From NCBI RefSeq assembly GCF_006345805.1, contig NC_043023.1:620001-684000 (forward strand): DNA of 64,000 nt, given 5' to 3'. This document shows positions 59,354 to 64,000 of this stretch, piece after piece. Numbering within the stretch: the stretch's first letter is position 1; each line of letters begins with the position of its first letter. The notes below the pieces were generated by a model. The model had not been told where the DNA came from. It made no database searches and was given only the letters and a program-made list of their open reading frames with translations. The DNA comes from Octopus sinensis (taxonomy: Eukaryota). The position numbers were made by a program, and so were the translations under genes.

Positions 59354-59579
59354 AGTGAGCTGGCAGAAACGTTAGCATGCCGGGCGAAATGCTTAGCAGT
59401 AGTTCGTCTGCCGTTATGTTCTGAGTTCAAATTCCGCTGAAGTCGACTTTGCCTTTCATCCTTTCGGGGTCGATAAATTAAGTACCAGTTACGCACTGGG
59501 GTTGATATTATTGACTTAATCCCTTTGTCTGTCCTTATTTGTCCCCTCTATGTTTAGCCCCTTGTGGGCAATAAAGAAA
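59354..59579 (+). mobile_element. SINE-B with a 22-bp TSD
   Basis: TTACTAGAACTTTGGTTTTTGC at 59332-59353 and 59580-59601. Confidence 0.95.
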
Positions 59580-60598
59580 TTACTAGAACTTTGGTTTTTG
59601 CTAAATTAACTCTAAGGCTCTTGGATTCCTGGCTTTGTTTCCATACCTGAAACTTCTTCTCTAGGACAAGTAGGGATTCTGCTATAAAAACAAGGCCATC
59701 AGTACAGAGGAGCTTCCAAGGGCAGCTAATTCCCTTAAGGCCTGGAGAACTATGATAAACAAGAGGAGGATGAGAACTGATCTTTGGTGAACCCCTACCT
59801 TTACACTGAAGTCATTGCTATACTCATTACCAACCTTCACCTTACAGGCAGCATCCCTGTACATGGCTTGTACAACTCTCACTAACTACTCATCTATCCC
59901 TAACTTTTACATTGACCACCAGACAAGGGAGCAGGGGACCCTGTCAAAGGCTTTCTCTGTGTGACAAATGTCAAGTACAGAGATTTATTTTTGGCTAAAT
60001 ACTTCTCTTGCAGTTGCCTAACCAGGAATATAGCATCAGTCATGCTCCTACCTGACACAAACCCAAACTACATCTCATCTCCGCTAACTCTCTTCCTAAT
60101 TAATTGAGCCATGACCCTTTGTGTGACTTTCATCACCTGGTTCAGCAATTTGGTGCCTCTAAGTATTTCTGTTAAAGACATCAAGTTTGTCTTTGTAGCA
60201 GTTGACTATAATGCTGCTACACCAATCGATGGGTCTGACTCCCTCATAGACAACCTGATTAACTATATTGCTAACTAAGCTATATCCCCACCTCTGCCAG
60301 ATATTTTAAGTATCTCAGGGGTGATTCCTGATGGGTTGCAGACTTTCCCTGTCTTCATATCCTTAATTGCTTTATCTTATGCACTGCCTTGCAATCTGAA
60401 AAACTTCAAATCTCTGGTCCTCATGCCACAGAAGATTGGCAAACTTCTTTTCTGCTTCTCCTTAGGGTAACATTGACCGCATTCATCTTGTAGTCCCTTG
60501 GAACTAAGGCGAAACTATACCTCTAGCCACTTCATCTAGCTGTTCCTTCTTCCCCAGAATGACATCCCACTATAACTTCTTATTCACTGTTGTATATA

Positions 60599-60713
60599 TT
60601 GGGTTGTCCGGAAAGTTTGTGCCGATTTATAGCAGCTTACTTTTGCCTTATTTTGGAACATGGTTGAGCCCATAAAATAGGATTTGACTACACCTCCATT
60701 TAGAGCACAGTTT
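60599..60713 (+). mobile_element. Mariner 5' end fragment (family of 57967-58462)
   Basis: TA-TTGGGTTGTCCGGAAAGTTTGTGCCGATTTA..GGATTTGACTACACCTCC is the reverse complement of ~58345-58462. Confidence 0.85.
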
Positions 60714-61445
60714 CTGATCCTCCTTGTCTCCTTGACTCCCTTCTGGTCCTCTGATCAGTTCCCTGCTACCACCATACTTCCAATTCTTCCAAGCCTGCTT
60801 TTTTTTTCTTTAATGGCCCATTAACTACCCTATTCAACCAGCAAGTCATCAGAGATCAAAACGAAACTTTGTACCAGCCACATATTTGGTCAGTGACCCT
60901 CAACAGGTCCCATAGGAATCTCCAGTTGTCTTCTACGTTATATGTCACAGCATTCTACTCTTTTTCATCAAATGCTTCAAGTAATATATCCCTAAATCTC
61001 TGACCATTCAAAATCCTTAAGCTTCCAGACCTTTGTTTTCATCACTGATTGTCTTCTTGTCTTCTGTTTGTATATAAACAGATCAAAAATGGAAGACAGA
61101 CAAGTAAAACATTTTACGTTATTCAAGGATATTTACTTCATCATAAAGTCCACATAAAATATAAAGTTACTGTCTAGCAAATCCATTCATAGGTATTTGG
61201 TCAGCCTGGAGCTATAGCAGAAGACACTAGAGTAGAAGACACACAGTCAAACTGAACCCTGTACCATTCTGATTGGGAAGCAAACATCTTACCACTGGCC
61301 CATGCCTGCGCGCACACACTCATCAACATACATAAAAGAACATAGATATGTGTATGTGTATTTATATACAAACATACTTACATATATATATATAATTATT
61401 ATATTATTATATGTATATATATATAGGTACATACATATGTATATA

Positions 61446-61482
<37 letters not shown>

Positions 61483-61670
61483 CAATGTACTTAGAACTAT
61501 ATATATATATATATATATACATATATGTACATAGAACTATATATATATATATGCATGAATAGGCATAAAATTATATATTTATGTAGATGTACTAGATATA
61601 CTTACATATGTACATACACTTATATGCAAATAATTGTATATAAATTAACGTGTGTATATACATATATATA

Positions 61671-62044
61671 CTCTTTTACTCTTTTACTTGTTTCAGTCAT
61701 TTGACTGCGGCCATGCTGGAGCACCGCCTTTAATCGAGCAAATCGACCCCGGGACTTATTCTTTGTAAGCCCAGTACTTATTCTATCGGTCCCTTTAGCC
61801 GAACTGCTAAGTGACAGGGACGTAAACGCACCAGCATCGGTTGTCAAGCAATGCTAGGGAGACAAACACATACATATATACGACAGGCTTCTTTCAGTTT
61901 CCGTCTACCAAATCCACTCACAAGGCTTTGGTCGGCCCGAGGCTCTAGCAGAAGACACTTGCCCAAGATGTCACGCAGTGGGACTGAACCCGGAACCATG
62001 TGGTTGGTTAGCAAGCTACTTACCACACAGCCACTCCTGCGCCT
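61671..62044 (-). mobile_element. SINE-A, full length, low divergence
   Basis: Complete reverse complement from the (GAGTAAAA)n tail to the A-box. Confidence 0.95.
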
Positions 62045-62302
62045 ATTATATGTATATGTATATTCACAAGTATATATAATCCTTTACATGTAAGTCTAAA
62101 TCTGCATACATATACATCGTGTCTGTGTATATGTGTGGTTTCTATAATTTCAACAAAATAATTTTTAAATGTTTTTTTCCACATTCAAATCCTTCTCCTT
62201 CTTGTGGTCTTCATTCACTGATTCCAGACAATGCCAGCTTCCAGGTCATATTTTTTACCATTCCAATCTAGATACCAGATGCCAGAATTTTATATAGGCT
62301 GT

Positions 62303-62316
62303 GTAACCATGGTAAC
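62303..62316. promoter_or_regulatory. Candidate RFX X-box GTAACCATGGTAAC
   Basis: Matches GTNRCC-AT-RGYAAC; lies in a short unique segment. Confidence 0.3.
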
Positions 62317-62419
62317 TCGGTTAATTTTATATAAACAAATAAATATACAGATGTAGATATGTATGTGGATGTGTGTGTATACGTATGAAAAAATGGATGT
62401 TAAAATGATGAAGATGATG

Positions 62420-62673
62420 ATATGTATGTGTGCATGTATGTATAGTTTATGTGCACATATGTATATGTGGAAGGGTGTAGATATGTATTTTTACACACGT
62501 ATGATATGATTGACTTATACATATTGAGAAATACTTATGTATATATATACATATATATATATACACACATATATATATATATGCATATATATATAAATAT
62601 ATAATATATACACACACATATATATATACATATATATATATACACACATATATATACATATATATATATACAC

Positions 62674-62709
<36 letters not shown>

Positions 62710-62756
62710 TCTATCCATATATCTATGTAAATACAGATATCCATGTATACAAATGC

Positions 62757-62793
<37 letters not shown>

Positions 62794-63280
62794 CACATAA
62801 ACATATATGTATCTATACCTATATGTGTGTAAGTATAAATATATTCATATGAACATATGTATCTATCTATGTATGTGTGTGTGTATTAAGGCACCCATTT
62901 ACATAAACATCCCATGTGCAGTCTCACACATACATAAATGCACATTATATAGTATTACAAGTGTGTGTGTTTATATATATATATACATACACACACACAC
63001 ACAAAAATACCCACAAATACACACAAATGTGCAGAAGCATATGCATACACTCTTAAATACTCAGACACACACACATACACATGTATACACTAGTACACAT
63101 ATATAAGCATATATAGATAAATATATACACCAATAAACACTCCCCGTACAGTCATATGCATCTAATTTTATACACTCAAATGCATGCATATGTATACATA
63201 ACACATTTATGTTCATATTTATATATATATATATTATATATATGCATACATACATATGGGCATATATGTGCTTGTGGAAA

Positions 63281-63321
<41 letters not shown>

Positions 63322-63650
63322 CAGTCACAAATGCAATCATACATGCACATTCAAATATACAAACACATTCATATTCATTTTTACACATATTTATTATATA
63401 TATATATGTGTGTGTGTGTATGTATATATATATAAATATGTTTGTATTATATATAAATATGTGTGTATATATCTATGTATATATATATATAAATATATAT
63501 ATAAATGTGTATATATGTAAATATATAGATATGTATATATATGTATATATATATGCATGTATATATATGTATATATACATATATATATACATGCATATGT
63601 ATATATATATATATACATATGTATATACATGCATATGTGTATATATATAT

Positions 63651-63707
<57 letters not shown>

Positions 63708-63790
63708 GCATGTATATATATATATACATGCGTACACATATATGTACACACGCATATATGTTGCAGTCACATACACACACACCCACACGG
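62420..63790. repeat. (TA)/(CA)/(TG) microsatellite field
   Basis: Direct reading. Confidence 0.9.
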
Positions 63791-64000
63791 ATATACAATC
63801 CAATTTTCCCCAATTCCTTACCATTATACACCAATTTCTTTCAGATGTCGGCTCCTTCCATAATCGCTTCAGGAGCATTTCTTTGATATTCCTCACGCGC
63901 TTTATTACCGAAAATTCAATTAGTCCCTTCCAACCCCTTGTCTCACCCTCAAAACTTCACCACCCTCCACTCTCCAGCACCCTCTTGCATTTTCAGTAAC

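Larger units (their letters stand above)
58550..61050 (-). mobile_element. Fragmented RTE LINE (linker, RT, Cys-rich module, C-terminus) hosting a SINE-B, a mariner end and an inverted satellite unit
   Basis: VVQAMYRDA..VKVGVHQRSVL..LLFIIVLQAL (59682-59882), EKAFDRVP (~59940), Cys-rich segment ~59040-59300, WFGHV-like segment ~58700. Confidence 0.8.

Overview
Repeat-saturated, AT-rich eukaryotic non-coding DNA with one 100-N scaffold gap (9167-9266). The SINE and LINE families look like coleoid cephalopod (Octopus-type) repeats; this is recognition from memory, not a database hit. I find no supportable host protein-coding gene, rRNA, true tRNA gene or CRISPR array, and almost every ORF in the track is a microsatellite translation artefact. 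Retroelements: about 30 copies or fragments of a tRNA-headed SINE with an internal (TA)n(TG)n tract (SINE-A), a second tRNA-headed SINE (SINE-B), a third (SINE-D), decayed RTE-clade LINE pieces (one with a PHD-like Cys-rich module inside the RT, and a 3' UTR of ~62-bp tandem units ending in a palindromic hairpin plus (GAT)n tail), two pieces of a restriction-like-endonuclease LINE, and a Penelope-like GIY-YIG remnant. DNA transposons: hAT MITEs with 8-bp TSDs, mariner derivatives including a fold-back element built from two 5' ends, and a complete non-autonomous Helitron. There are also several local tandem arrays. The most interesting signal is a set of degenerate minimal hammerhead-ribozyme-like cores (23756, 29375, 40442-40533, 41803-41897, 19335), several in the arms of palindromic non-coding elements, plus a 164-bp zero-spacer palindrome and two strong RFX X-box motifs in repeat-free DNA. 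Coordinates were counted by hand; edges of degenerate elements are approximate.
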